A stretch of 42,017 bases of DNA from Chiloscyllium plagiosum (GCF_004010195.1 NC_057718.1:53323015-53365031), one strand, 5' to 3'; positions 22,800 through 35,700 are shown, counted from the first letter of the stretch. Program-made: numbers and translations. Notes: generated from the letters alone by a model not told the origin.

Positions 22800-25335
22800 C
22801 TGATTTTGCTTGTCGTCCCTTTAGAAGACGTTGGAGATCTCTGCTTTCCAAGATTGTTTTGTACTCAGAGAATCATTGCTTGAAGTTGTCACAGATTCTC
22901 AACTGCTTGGCCCTGCTCTCCGCCTGGATGTCTGGGTACTTACCCAACCTTGCTAATGGTTTTCTTCTCATCATTCTGCTTCTTCCTTTCTCTTCCTGGG
23001 TGAAAAGTTTATTTTTCCAAGCTTGTCCAATTTCCTGTAATTTGCTTGGTTTTACAGGCAAGTAGCTAACAATCAAGCATGTCTCATCTCCCAGCTCTGG
23101 GTGATTAAGTGGTACTCTGGACAATGTATCTACTATGGATTGATACTTTCCCAAACAAATTCTATTGTAGCAATGTATCTCATTATTCTTAATCTGAATC
23201 TTTGCGTGCTCGGTTGCACTATTGCAATTACTTTCGTGTTCAGCTGGGGTCTGTTTCTAATTTAAATTTAACTTTAGAATATAGTACACATGGCCAATCA
23301 AATGCACAGCTTAGTTTTTGATCATAGCATTATTTTTGTTCAGTTTCAATGAATACATTGTGAGTTATTCTCCTTTTGCAATCTTTCTAGAATACTACTT
23401 AGTCTGATCGATAATGCATCAATCACCACTTGGTAGTTCAAGATAATAATGAGCTAGAATTTCTGATGAGAGCAGCATTTAGATTTATAGATTCCCTTTG
23501 AAGTGTGGAAGCAGGCTGTTCAGCCCATTGAGTCCAAACCAAATCTCCGAAGAATATCTAATCCAATCCCCACGCCCACCCTATTCCTGTAACCCTGTCT
23601 TCATCATGGTTAAACCACCTAACCTACATATCCCTGGACGGGGCAATTTAGTGTGGACAATTCATCTCACCTGCATATCTTTGAACTGTGGAGGAAACCA
23701 GCGCACCCAGAGGAAACTGTGGCAGGCACAGAGAATGTGTAAACTCCACATTGACAAATGCCCAAGGGTGGCATCGAGGCTGGTTCTCTGGAGCTGTGAG
23801 GCTTTCTTGTATATATACTTTTAAAAGATGCTACTTTCCATTCCAACACCATACCACATCCTAGCAGATGCTTAATGGTTTGTTAATCTTTGAGAGATGT
23901 GGCAAAATTTGTTCATGTGGTTGACCATTTCCCTGAACCTCTGCAGTTCATGATATTTTGGGTAATGGGAGCTCTTCAATAACCCTGTATATTGTAGGTC
24001 TACTTTTATGTTTATTGTTTGATCAGTATGGCCAGGTAGTAGTGAAATCACATTGTTCATTTAATGTTGGTTCTACTTGCTGAAAGCTTTCAGCCTGCTC
24101 TTACATTCTTATCATGCTCAGTTTTAACCAAACCATGAATGAAAATGTTATGCATTAGCAGATGATGCTTTCTAATCCCTCCAAGATGCTTGTCATTATT
24201 GTCTGGAATACTTGAGGTAGAGTCATAGAGTCACAGAGATAGACAGCATGGTTGACATATCTAAGCAGTGCCAAGCAAATGGTGCAATGAATGTCATTAA
24301 GAGTTTTGATTCTCCTTCAGTATTTATTAAAAATGGTTCTGTTTACTGCCATTGCCAAGTTTTCATCCATTGATGCCTTTGATTGGATTTCACAATTTAC
24401 AGCTTTATTCAATTTGTAAGGAAGTTTTCAATGACCCATTTGATTTGTGAAACTGGCACCACATTCCAGAACATCAATTCAGCACCTTGGTCACTGGTGA
24501 AATCACTCCTTGGAGAAGCATTGCCTCAATCTCATAGTCTACATTTTTTCTTTGAAGTAGGATGTAAGACTTTTCTAAGTGTGACTAGGTAAATTGGCCA
24601 GCAATCTGCTCTCAGCTCGATGTGATATGCTCTGTTTAGCATCCCCAGACCACCTAACAACTGTGGAAATTCAAATTCAAACCTCAAGCCACTTCTTTAT
24701 TCATTGCAGTCAACCTCATCACCCTTAATAAGATTCAGATTCATGCCTGAAAAGAGCAGTCTTCACTTGATTTACCCACCATCTCTCAAAGTTTGCTGTA
24801 TCTTTATACTTGCTCTTTGGCTGACCTTTACTTTCAATTGGATATGTCCTGGTCCCTGGAATCAAATTAGGAATGACTGCAGTGTTACTTGATTTTCAGC
24901 TATGTATCTGAGAGGACTACCTGAAGGTCAGATGTAAAATCTGTTTAGTGCCACCTACTTCTGTATCAGTATGTCAATATTCCCTTTCACTTTTAAAAAT
25001 ATTTTCTCGTTCATTTACTCGAGAAATGTGATTTCACTGCTCTTTGGTTCTTTAATAGTTTGGATTCTGCTGTCTTCTCTTATGGACTTTTCCTTCTGTT
25101 TTGATGTTGAGTTTTCTTTTTAACTATGATGGCCTATCTTTGTACAGGCATGACCTTCTACATTTTAGGGAGACAATCTTTGTGCTGATGCAGAATCTTC
25201 TTGCCATAGCAATAACAGCTTGTAATGGCATCTGCCACCTTTGCTTTGAGGCTCCTCAGCTTCAGCTTTGGTGTGGCTTTGATGTTGTACTCAACATGTC
25301 GTACTGCCTCAAATGTGACTTCTCACAATGAGAAT
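22800..25335 (-). mobile_element. Ty3/Gypsy LTR-retrotransposon internal fossil (gag zinc knuckles, RT, RNase H; integrase mostly missing)
   Basis: Minus strand: CYCYGKK..QHKDC and HACTKIGH (gag); EFPQLLGGLG..YHIELR, EIEAMLLQGVISPV, LNKAV, ESKLLMTFIAPF, FQTIMTSILEGLE, ELQRFREMVN (RT); ILAHY, KLETDP, QRFRLRIMRY, IVDTLSR (RNase H). Confidence 0.85.
23480..23802 (-). mobile_element. HE1-type V-SINE nested in the Gypsy fossil
   Basis: gtgtggaagcaggc...gaactgtggaggaaacc...gagaatgtgtaaactccaca. Confidence 0.85.
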
Positions 25336-25380
25336 TTCTATCAACTATAATAAATATTTAATTCAGTTTCTTTTCAGCTT

Positions 25381-25580
25381 CATCCAAAGATGTGTAGGTT
25401 AGGTCAATTAGCCATGCTAAATTGACTACAGTGTGCAGGCTAGGTGGGTTAACCATGGGGAATACAGGGTTACGGGGATAGTGGGTTGGTCTGGGTGGGA
25501 TGCTCTTCGGAGGGTCAGTGTGGACTTGATGGACCGAATGACCTGCTTCCACACTGTTGGGATTCTATGAAATCTATGAA
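25381..25580 (+). mobile_element. HE1-type SINE 3' half
   Basis: tccaaagatgtgtaggttagg...gccatgctaaattg...ttccacactgttgggattctatga. Confidence 0.85.
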
Positions 25581-26540
25581 ACTGTCTTCCGCCTTCATAG
25601 CCACACTGTCTCAAGAATTTAAAAAATTCAACACATTTTAGCAATTAAAATACATGTTGAATGCTAGGATGTCCCAACTGCTAGACAAACCCTCAGAAAT
25701 GGCTGATGACTATTAGCTGATCCATAAAATTAAGCCATTTTGCTGTCTTCTCTACAAACTCAAGAAAGATAGAGGGTGGGAGAGTGAAAGGAAGACAAAC
25801 AGGCAAGGTGAAGAAAGGGACGCTGGGAATGCCTCCAAATCCACTCCTCAGAGCAGAAAGGAAGGTGCTGAGGGAGGAGGTAAAAATCAAAGACTTGAGT
25901 GTTTCTATTGTAATAAAGTGAAATACCTTCATTTCTAATGCTGAAAGTTCTCTGGAAAACCCATGGATGTACTAGAGATTGTGTGAATGAGGTCAGAAAA
26001 GGAACTCACAAGGAAAATGCCACAGATCAAACTGGAACATTAGTTAAGTCTAAACAATCAGAGGTAAACACTTCTAAGAGCATAAGAAAGGTGAATATTG
26101 TAAATGGGAGATATGAAGAGCTCTTGTCAAGAGGAAAGGTAACCCTTTTTTCTTCAATTGATTCAGCTAAACCCATACACAAGAGCCAAACAAACTCTTC
26201 TGTTGGAAAGGGCTAGTTTTTCCTTAAGATCGTACAAGGGGACCCAAACTTTAAATCAATGAAATTAATTGAAATCATTTACTCCTCCCTTTGAATGAAG
26301 CACATTAAATAAGAGTGACACAATTGTTCAGAAGTTACCCACAGATGGGTAACGCAGGTAATGATTTGATAGGAGTGAAAGTGATGGCTCAATTTATCAT
26401 CTCAGAGAGTCTGCAGGACATCAAAGAAATGGAGTTGTTACAAGAGTAAGTCCCAGATGATTGACTATTATTTGTAATGACAAGAGCAATAGCTAAACAA
26501 CATTCATCACCAGGAGTCAAAGTAATACCACAAGTGACCT

Positions 26541-26968
26541 AGGGTGGCATTGTGGTTCAGTGGTTAGCACTGCTAGCTCACGCAGCCAGGGTTTGTTTCC
26601 GGCCTCAAGTGACCGTCTGCGTGGAGGTTGCACATTCTCCCCGTGTCTGCGTGGGTTTTCTCCGGGTGCTCTGGGTTCCTTTCACAGTCCAAAGATTAGG
26701 TGAATTGGCCATGCTAAATTGCCCATTGTGTTCAGGGATTGCAGGCTAGGGATATTAGCCATGGTAAATGCAGATTATGGGGATAGGGTGGGATGCTGTT
26801 CGAAAGATTGTTGCAGACTGAATGGGCTAAGTGGTACTTTACTGTAAGTGCATTAATCAGGGGAAATGTAAAGTATTAGGGGAGGGGAGTGGGTCTGGGT
26901 GGGATACTCTTTGTGTGGATTTGTTGGGCCAAATAGCATGTTTCACATTGTAGGGATTCTATGGTTCT
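26541..26968 (+). mobile_element. HE1-type V-SINE with two successive 3' tails
   Basis: A-box gtggttcagtggttagc, V-domain, first tail to ~26848, second tail ~26849-26968. Confidence 0.85.
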
Positions 26969-27898
26969 AAGCTGTTTTTGAAATAGCCAAAACATTATTT
27001 AAAAGATGGTGATGATTCAAAATATATATTTTGCATGTCCTTATTTATCGAGGTTCAGAAAGCAGATCCAGAGTTAAGCAAGTCCATACATGCAAGTCAC
27101 ACTATTATTTTAAAAACTCAGTGTTAATGAGGGAGTGCATACACTCTCACAGATCTGAAAATGAGAAATCAACAGTGGATAATCTAAGCAGTGGTACTGC
27201 CCAAGTCTTGTAAGAAAATATTAGGTGTGGCACATGAAATTCCTATGACGGGACGTTTTGGAGTACAGAAAGCTCAAACATCAATAAGCAGGTATTTAAC
27301 CTGGTCAATAAGGATGCGGTGAAGTTCTGTAAAACATGTCATACATGCCAGATAGTAGGAAAATCTCATATAATCAAATTGGCTCCTTTCAATATCCATA
27401 CTGATGAACTCTTCACCATTTGTAGTCAATGTGAAGAACCATTACTGAAAAAAGAAAATGGGATGCAGTATTTCCTTACAGGTGTGGAAAGGACAACACA
27501 ATTTCTAGGAGCTTTTTTTTCTTTGGGGACAACTACAATTAAGATAATGATGAAAACAATAACACAGGTTTTTACATATTATAGGTTACCAATTGAAATA
27601 CAGTCAGACCAATGTTCTAAATTTACGTGTCAAATTTTTCAGGACATAATTAGCAATTTTGATATAAGACAGTTACTACTGTCTACAGCTGAAGGAAATT
27701 TATCGACATATACCAAGATGTATTATGTTAGCCTGTATGATATGGATGTAGGGGAATTAATCGCAATAAGACAACACTTTTATCTGTTAAACTTGGAAAA
27801 CAAGATCAAGTGTGAACAAAGGTTTAATATATGTTGGAAAATAACCTGATTCAACTTAGTTAAAGAAGTTGAAGTTCACCAGTGACATTAGTTCTGAA

Positions 27899-27992
27899 CA
27901 GAAAGTAGTGCTGGAGAAATTCAGCAGGTCTGGCAGCATCTGTATAGAGAAATACAGAGTTAATGTTTCAAGTTCAGTGACTCTTTGTCAGA
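27899..27992 (-). mobile_element. PLE family-2 terminal fragment
   Basis: gctggagaaattcagcaggtctggcagcatctgtatagagaa; flanked by acattagttctgaa (27885-27898) and acattaattctgaa (27993-28006). Confidence 0.7.
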
Positions 27993-28028
27993 ACATTAAT
28001 TCTGAATTTGATGGGTTGACTTATTTTT

Positions 28029-28325
28029 AGATTAGATTACTTACAGTGTGGAAACAGGCCCTTCGGCCCAACAAGTCCAAACCGACCCGCCAAAGCGCAC
28101 CCACCCAGACCTATTCCCCTACATTTACCCCTGCACCTAACACTACAGGCAATTCAGCTTGGCCAATTCACCTAACCTGCACATTTCTGGACTGTGGGAG
28201 GAAACCGAAGCACCCGGAGGAAACCCACACAGACAGGGGGAGAACATGCAAACTCCATACAGTCAGTCGCCTGAGGCGGGAATTGAACCCGGGTCTCTGC
28301 TAACCATTGTGCCACCGTGCCACCC
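28029..28325 (-). mobile_element. HE1-type V-SINE, young copy
   Basis: Near reverse complement of 8583-8869. Confidence 0.95.
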
Positions 28326-28445
28326 ACTACTTTATTCTGAATCAATTACAGAAAAGTAAATGCAATAAACAGAACAGATTAATATTTAATATCTTGGTTG
28401 GAAAATTGCATCAATGGGTGGGCAGGGCGTCTTTCCTTTCTAAGA

Positions 28446-28596
28446 GAAAGTAAGGACTGCAGATGCTGGAATTCAACTCGAGAGTGTGGGACTGAAAAAG
28501 CACAGCAGGTCACGCAGCATCCAAGGAGAAGAAAAATCGACGTTTCGGGCATAAATCCTTCATCCTGCTCCTCCGATGCTGCCTGACCTGCTGTAC
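28446..28596 (-). mobile_element. PLE family-1 insertion with 5' inversion
   Basis: gactgcagatgctgga...cagcatccaagg...tcgacgtttcgggc, then inverted cctgctcctccgatgctgcctgacctgctg; 16-bp TSD tctttcctttctaaga at 28430-28445 and 28597-28612. Confidence 0.85.
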
Positions 28597-29514
28597 TCTT
28601 TCCTTTCTAAGACTGATTTCTCAAAAGGGTTCTGGAATATACCATTCACATTAAGAGCTAAATAAATACCAGCCTTTACAACACCAAATTAGTTCTATCA
28701 ATGTTGAGGCATGCCGTTCAGCTTTCAAAATACTCTAGTTATACTTCAAATGCAAATAAATAAAATTGGACCTGCCTAACTGTGTCATTTTAGACAATGT
28801 TGCAACATGCAGTAACCAGGGAAGAACAAATAAAACAATTAGAAAATCTGTATGAGTAATTACAGTTAACTTGCTTAGTCATAAATCTTGTCAAGTGTAA
28901 ATTCACACAACCGCAGACAACCTATTTAGGACACAACACAGGGTAAAGCGAAAATCAGGGTTCTATTCAAATTCCCCACTCCTAATACTAAATAGGAAAT
29001 TGTGAGATTTGTGGAAATGTGAGGATTTTGTCAGAAATTTGTAACTAAATTCAGAGTAATAGCAGTAAGTTCTTACAGATTTATTATGAAAATAGGCAAA
29101 GGTGATATACTTAGCAGTGTGACAAGTAGGCTTTGAGAAGCTGAAGGCAATTCTAATAAATGAACCAGTGACAGCTACCTTGGCTTTACAGAACCTTATA
29201 AAATGGCAATTGATGCTATTGGTTTGGGGGGTAAGTAACTGCATCCAGTTATAAGATGATAAACCTGAAATAGAGAAGGAGGTGGGTTACTTTCCTAAGA
29301 AATTAAACCAATATCAGAAGAGGAAACTTTGTCCTTGAAGATGGACCATTGCATTTGAGTTTCATACCTGGCATTGTGTGCAAGTGTTAAGATGTGAGTG
29401 TATGCCTTGCAGTAATGTTAAGTATGAAAATAAGGCAAGGCCATGAATGTGGCTTGAATCATGGTTGACAGAAATTGTTAGTGAGCTAATGAAGGAGCTA
29501 GTGTAATTGTTTTT

Positions 29515-29810
29515 ATTCATTCATATGATTTAAGCATCATTGACAAGGCCAAAAGTTATTGCCTCCCCAGATTATCTTTGTGAGTGTGTTGAAGGGGAAC
29601 TTCCTTGAACTACTGCAGCTTATGTGATGTAAATACGCTTACAGTGCAGTTAGGGAGAAAGCTCCAGGAGTTTGAGCTAGCAACAGTGAAAAAGCAATGG
29701 TGTAGTTCACAGTTAGGTTGATATGTGATATAGTCATGATCCCATCCATCTACTGCCCTTCTCCTTCGAGATGATAAAGATCATATGTTTGGAAAGTGCA
29801 CTTGAAGAAT
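29515..29810 (-). mobile_element. Old CR1/L2-type LINE 3' tail
   Basis: ttattcattcat...caaggcc...ttattgcc...ttccttgaactactgcag, the reverse complement of the tail family at 9150-9325. Confidence 0.65.
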
Positions 29811-29854
29811 AGAGCAGTTTTATGTAATTAGAGTATTGCATTTGATGATGCATT

Positions 29855-31010
29855 CACTGACCGTGGCCAATTTTATGAGGTTATTAAACTTGTTTTTACA
29901 CTGCATCCTCAGGGTTCTGAAGACCGGACTGGAGTCATCAATTGCAACAGCTATCCGTTCCTCTGGTTTTCCCAGAACATGGCTGGCCGTCCTCCTCTGG
30001 AAAGAGGACTTACTCATAGAGTCATAGAGCACAGAAACCCACCCATCGGTCCAAACAGTCCATGCCAAACATAATCCCAAACTAAACTACAGTGCCACCT
30101 GCCTCCTCCTGGCCCATATCCCTCCAAACCTTTCATATCCATATACTTATCCAAATGTCTTTTAAACATTGTAATTGTACCCACGTTCACCACTTCCTCA
30201 GGTAGTGCACTCCACATGCGAACCACCCTCTGTGTTTTGCCCTTCATGTCTTTTTTAAATTTCACTCCTCTCATCTTAAAAATATACTCCCTACTCTTGA
30301 AAGCTCCCATCCTAGGGAAAAGACAGCTATTGTTAACTCTGTCTATACCTCTCATTATTTTATAAATTTCAGTAAGGCTGCCTCTCAAACTGCTATGCTG
30401 CAGTGAAAAGAAGTCCCAGCCTATCCAGATTATCTTTATAACTCAAATCTTCCATGCCTGGCAACATCCCAGTAAATCTCTTCTGAGCTTTCTCCAGCCC
30501 AATAATATCCTTTCTCTCACTGGGAGACCAGAGCTGGGCACTGTGTTCCAGAAGAGGCCTCACCAATGTCCAGTACAAACTCAACATGATTTTTTAACTC
30601 CTCTACTCAAAGGACTCAATGAAGGCAAGCGTGACAAATGCCTTTTTAAAAACCCTGTTTGTATGTGACACAAACTTCAAAGAATTGTGTACCTGCAGTC
30701 CTAGATCTCTCTGTTCTACAACAAGGCCTTACCCTTTTTCATTCTACCAAATTGCAATACCTTGCATTTATCCAGATGGAACGACATATGCCATTTTTCA
30801 GTCCACTGACTCATTTCATCAAGATCCCTTTGTAATCTTAGAAAACCTTCTTCACTGTCTCCTATGCCATCAATTTTGGTGTCTTCCGCAAACTTACCAA
30901 CCATGCCTTCTGTTTTCTCATTTATTTAAATGACAAACAAAAGAGGGCTTCTCTCCTTTCATCACTACATTAAACAACCTTGGGTGCATCCACTCCAGTC
31001 TAAGTAACAT
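29855..31010 (-). pseudogene. Harbinger accessory Myb/SANT-like DNA-binding gene fossil, split by a CR1 insertion
   Basis: ERIAVAIDDSSPVFRTLRMQCKNKFNNLIKLAT resembles the Myb/SANT-like W..IA..VN......RT..QC.KKW..L pattern; a weak PR(L)F-like N-terminal part lies at ~30950-31010. Confidence 0.55.
30014..30940 (-). mobile_element. HER1/CR1 LINE 3' ~0.9 kb (RT C-terminus and tail)
   Basis: GKFAEDTKI, LQRDLD, LYWTLVRPLLEH..QLWSP, RGSLTEIYKIMRG, RVVRMWSALP; (catagagt)n tail. Confidence 0.95.
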
Positions 31011-31954
31011 TCTGTGTGTTATTGAGGGCTTTCAGCACTTCCACAGCCAGTTCCAGTCCCTAACACAGAATGTAACTTGTCTTTAGGCGATGCAGTCTGG
31101 CATGAATTAATTTAGGGTTAGCTTTTAAATGGTTCCACTGTTAAACCGTGCAGGTACTGAACAGCATGTTCAGTGCTGAGCCTCATATGGCAATGATTAT
31201 AATTAATAGGCTGCATGAAGTTTGAGTAATGCTTGTATCAACGTGAATGTGTGTGAAGTAATGATTCATCACAATTCTCAGCACCAATTTTAGGGCACAT
31301 CTAATTTAGATTGCAGACCTTTTGAAAAATAAAACTTTTTTTATTTCTAATCACAACTCACCTACTCTTTGGCAAATCTACACTTGATATTACTAATTGG
31401 TTGATGCCGTCAACTATTGCATTGATAGCTGCGCATTGTAATGTTTCAACCAATTCCCTTTGCAGCAAACCCTTGAATTTGTCAAAACAAACCCGATGCA
31501 TTTTGACTTTAATTTGAAAATTAATGACATAAACAAAATTAAAACTCAATTAAAGATCCTGGCACAGGAAATCAATTGCGTTGATCCTGACAATTATGCT
31601 CGGATCACTGAGTGTGGTACAAAACTTGCAATAAATTGCAAGGTTATATGGAGAGGTCTCAAGGACAAGGATTTCAGTGATTTGGAAGCATAGTTCTGTT
31701 GCTTTCCCATCGACTGATAACCCTAAAAATACTGGAGAAGCTTACTGGTCTGGTAGATGTGCTTGGAATGTGACAACTCTTCATCAAAGGTGAATCGTCC
31801 TCCATGCTCCCTAATGTTGACAATCTTCAAAACTAGACCTCTGTAAGGCCTTGCAAGAAATTTTGTGCAAAAATTAGAATCTGGAATGTTTTCTTTTTTA
31901 TCCCTTGGCTGCATTTGCAATTTTATTTTGGCAGATTCCTGCAAAGCTTTCAAA

Positions 31955-32260
31955 GAATGCTGTAGTGTCAGAATTGCTATCTGTCAGATGAGGATCCTTC
32001 AGCTCACAAATAGATGTAAAAGGTTTAAAAGAATTATTTGAAGAATAGCATGAGTGTTCTCCAAGAATCCTGGTTAATATTTATTTCTAACCAAAATACC
32101 TTCTCATTCATTTCCTTATGGTTTTATAGGGCCTTGCTGCACATGTATGGACTGTGCTTTTCTCTATATTTCATAAATTATGTTCTTCAAAAGCACTTCA
32201 TTAACTTTTAAGTAATTTTGACCATCCTGAGATTGTGAAAAGCACTAGTTCTTTCCTTCA
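31955..32260 (+). mobile_element. DeuSINE (SacSINE1-like) remnant
   Basis: gctgtagtgtcagaattgctatctgtcagatgag...gatgtaaaag...tatttgaagaa...ttctcc..gaatcctggttaatatttat (Deu-domain-like) plus tail. Confidence 0.6.
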
Positions 32261-32494
32261 ATCTGTTCATTAGAATTGCTAATTGATTTTAGAGCCTATC
32301 ATGGTCTTGTGGAACCAATTGATAAACATGATGGCTCATAACTTTCTGCATCAGGTTTGCCAGATGGTCAACTCATCTCTTCAGTTAAGCCCTTGAGGAG
32401 TTAATGAATGAATGAGGAGGTTTCTCACAGGCAGGAAAGATAATCATACCACTGCAGAAGTAGCATGTCATAAGATACGTTGGTTCTTGAACAG

Positions 32495-32632
32495 TAGAGG
32501 AGTCAAGCATCATGGGGAAAGGGCAGGAAAGTGAACGTGCCGATAGTTGGATCAACCAGAATCCTATTGAATGGGGCAGCAGAGTCAATAGGCTGACGCT
32601 CCTACTTCTGATCATATTTCTTACTGTCTTAT
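32495..32632 (+). mobile_element. CR1 3' UTR fragment
   Basis: gagtcaag..atggggaaagggcaggaaagtg...attgaatggggcagcag...cctacttctgatcatatttcttac. Confidence 0.75.
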
Positions 32633-33139
32633 AAATTAAAAATTTAAATCAAGCAGTTCAAGATAATTTGATAAACCCTGCAGTTTGCAATCTTACTGTG
32701 TTTTAAGATATTCTGGAAATCAAAGTGATTCAAAGCAGTGGAAAAGAGGTGTGATTGCAATTTCTCTTTATGAAATCATTTTTGAGAAGTGATCCAATAA
32801 CTTAAGGTTGCTATAGGAATGAAGATTAGAGCACAAAAAACCAAATAGTAGCTAATTAGAAATATTGAATTTCAGCATTTGTGTTCTTTGCTGCTGAAGA
32901 ACTGCAGGAGAAGCAAACAGGCTTCCAGTTAAAGGTCAGTTTTCTGTTTACTAGAACAGATGGAAGGTCTTGATGAAGCAATGTGCAAGGTAGTGAAAAA
33001 AGACTGAAGCTTAAAAACTGTTTGATTAGCTCAGGAATACTAATTAAAAACTGGGTGTCTTTATGAGAAGTCACAAAACAATTAACCAATGTACTGTTTT
33101 CAGTTAAAATTATTCCATGGGATTTCAGCAAATCGAATA

Positions 33140-33445
33140 TTTTCCTGCTCATCCCTAAATGTCCTTGAATTGACTGGTTTGCTAGGCCAACTCAGAGAGT
33201 GGTTATGAGTCAAGCACATTGCTATGGGTCTTGACTTTTTATGTAAGCCAGACCAGATAAAAACAGCAAATTTTCTGCCTGCAAAGAAAATAGTGAAACA
33301 TGCGTATTTTTGACAATTAAGTGCAGTAGTTTCATGCTTCTAATTGCTGAGATGAGCTTTCAATTCTAGATGCATCAATTACGTTGAAATTCTAATGGCT
33401 GCCATGGTTACAAAGGGACTTTGAAAGCGATGTCCATCAGGATTG
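33140..33445 (-). mobile_element. Old shark tRNA-SINE (non-HE1 family)
   Basis: Reverse-complement homology to 35420-35700 (gagtcaagcacattgctatgggtc...atgtaagccagaccag). Confidence 0.6.
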
Positions 33446-33682
33446 TCATAATGCAAGGGAGATCAGATTTATAGACGGGCAATTAGTTGGTGCCAATTGG
33501 GTACCGAGGAAACCCAGATGGAATCGAACTGCTGGTCAAAGTGACTCGAGGGCCAATCCCAGTGAGTGGGAAAAGTGAGAGATCCCATGTTCAGGAGCTA
33601 ATGTTTTAAAGGACATTGAAACTGCATGTGATACCACTAATGTGCTGATACTGATGCTGAGAATATTATGAATGTTAGCTTT

Positions 33683-34214
33683 ATTTTATATAAAGGATGC
33701 AGATGGTTTAGAGATGGTACAGAAAAGGTTTACCAGGATGTTGCCAGGTATGGGGGATTTTAGTTATGAGGAGAGGAAAGGAAAGACTGGGTTTGTTTTC
33801 ACTGGAATGCAGGAGGTTGAAGGGCGATCTGATAGATGTTTATAAGATTGTAATGGCATGAATGGAATGGAAAATATGAGGCCTTTACCCAGGGTGGAGG
33901 GGTCAATTAGTCGGGGACACAGGTTCAAGGTGCGAGGGGGGAGTTGAAAAGAGAAGTGTGAGGCAAGTTTTCACACAAAGGGTGGTGAGTACCTGGAACA
34001 TGCTGCCAGAGGAAGTGGTGGAAGCAGATACAACAGCAGCATTCAAGAAGCACTTGGTCAAATACATGAACAGGAAGGGAATAGAGGGATACGGATCCTG
34101 TAAGTGAAGACAGCTTTAGTATGGAAGAGCAAAATGTGTCAACGCAGGCTTAGAGGGCGAAAGGGCCTATTCCTGTGCCTTGCTGTTCTTTGTTCTCTGT
34201 TCTCTGTTCTTTGT
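33683..34214 (+). mobile_element. CR1 LINE 3' fragment
   Basis: LEMVQKRFTRMLPG, LGLFSLE.RRLKGDLIDVYKI, RVVSTWNMLPEEVVEA; tail (tgttctc/t)n. Confidence 0.92.
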
Positions 34215-35419
34215 TAATCCATGCTTAATTTTACATTACTTTTGGGTTTGATAGTTATGACAAAATATCTGAAAAATGAAATCCTATCTGATTTGCCCTA
34301 CAATCTTTTAGTTGGGTCTATTTCAGGATTTCTTTTCAAGACATTGGACTCTATGTGGATTGTAACAACCGGAATAATTAAATTTGCCATAAACTGCCTG
34401 TAGAATGATTCACCCAGAAAATTTGAGATGGACACATTCAGAGAATGATGTCACTGGTTGCTGCTTTTAAGGATGTTGTGAGTGTAATCAAAAGTCAACT
34501 GGTTATAATTCTGGATTACAATTGAATAAAAAAGATTGATACTTTGCACACACTGTAAATGTTTGTGTTTAAGGAAAACACCTGTGATTAATTAACAAGG
34601 TAAATCAATTTAAATTGTCACATTAATTTTAATAGTTTGCAAACAAAGGGAACAAATTTCCAAAAGTAACTGAACAAAATCCTGTCTGAGTTCATTCTTA
34701 TTTTGTTGCTGCTAATCTGAAATGAATAATTCTATCAGACTATTTTGATGGAATGCCTTTGGTGCTGTATGGTTCTGAATTTTAATCATTTTGTGTTACA
34801 CTGTTTGCTCAGTAAATCAAAATTATTCACTTTACACTAATTCAAATTTGAAAGGAAAATTAGAAGGAAATAAGAGATAAATGTAGTTGATCTGATATTT
34901 GGAATTTATAGGCCAGGAAACAATTGATATATATTTGAAAGAACATTGTAGTAATCACTTTTTGTCCTGAAGCTTTTAAGGATTTGATTTTTAAGTTGAA
35001 TTACTATAAAACTTACATTGACAATTACTGTGTGTATGAACACACAGTGTGTTGCAGTAATAGGCTTTCATCCTTATTTACCATTTCTCTGTAACCTTAT
35101 TTTACCCAAAGGAGATCATTTTAAATTACTTATTCCTCTGTTCAGCACTTGCCAACCACTCTTAAATAAATGGACACTCAGATGTAACAGTGGGACCATT
35201 GCTGTTAAACTGATATGCTTTGTGCAGTTATGATGCCAGTTGATGTTAATATTGAACAAGTCAAATTTGTTGTTATATCTCAGTCAGCATGCTAGTATTA
35301 CCTTTAAAAGAAATGATCACTGCATCATTTCATGTCACCCAAGGGTATGAAGATCTCATAGTTCATCTTACCTTGCATCACCTGAAGCATGTCATTCAAC
35401 TGAAAGCAAGTGGGAGAAA

Positions 35420-35700
35420 ATGGCCTAGTGGTATTATCCTTAGATTTATCATTCCAAGGCAGGAGATAGAAATTGAATTCAACAACTAATCTGGAAGTGC
35501 AAGTCTAGTGGTGACCACAAAACCACTCAAGAGTTATGGAAAAGCCCTTCTGGTACAATCATGCCCTTTAGAGAAAGTAGCAGATGTCCTTAACCTGGTC
35601 AGGTCTACATATAACTCCAGACCCTCAACATTGTGGGTGATGCTTAGCCACTTTTTGGACAATAAACATCAGTGAGACCTACGTCCCATGGCTGAATAAA
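35420..35700 (+). mobile_element. Old shark tRNA-SINE (non-HE1 family)
   Basis: A-box tggcctagtggt, ttgaattcaa..aatctggaa, cctggtcaggtctacatataactccagacc, and a tail shared with the CR1/L2-type LINE. Confidence 0.65.

Larger units (their letters stand above)
25600..29350 (+). mobile_element. Gmr1-like Gypsy LTR-retrotransposon fossil (gag, PR, integrase, RT/RNase H order)
   Basis: LQEFKK..EMADDY*LIHK and CFYCNKV (gag); GNDL, VMTRAIAK (PR region); YYFKNSVLMR, VAHEIPMTGRFGV..CKTCHTCQ, LPIEIQSDQ.SKF (integrase); downstream AKVIYL, KLKAILINEPV, MAIDA, VGYFPKKLNQYQKR (RT end/RNase H). Confidence 0.8.

Noticed and set aside
31358..31549. Minus-strand open frame ending at a strong AG/gtgagt donor
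   Set aside because: No convincing acceptor or homology
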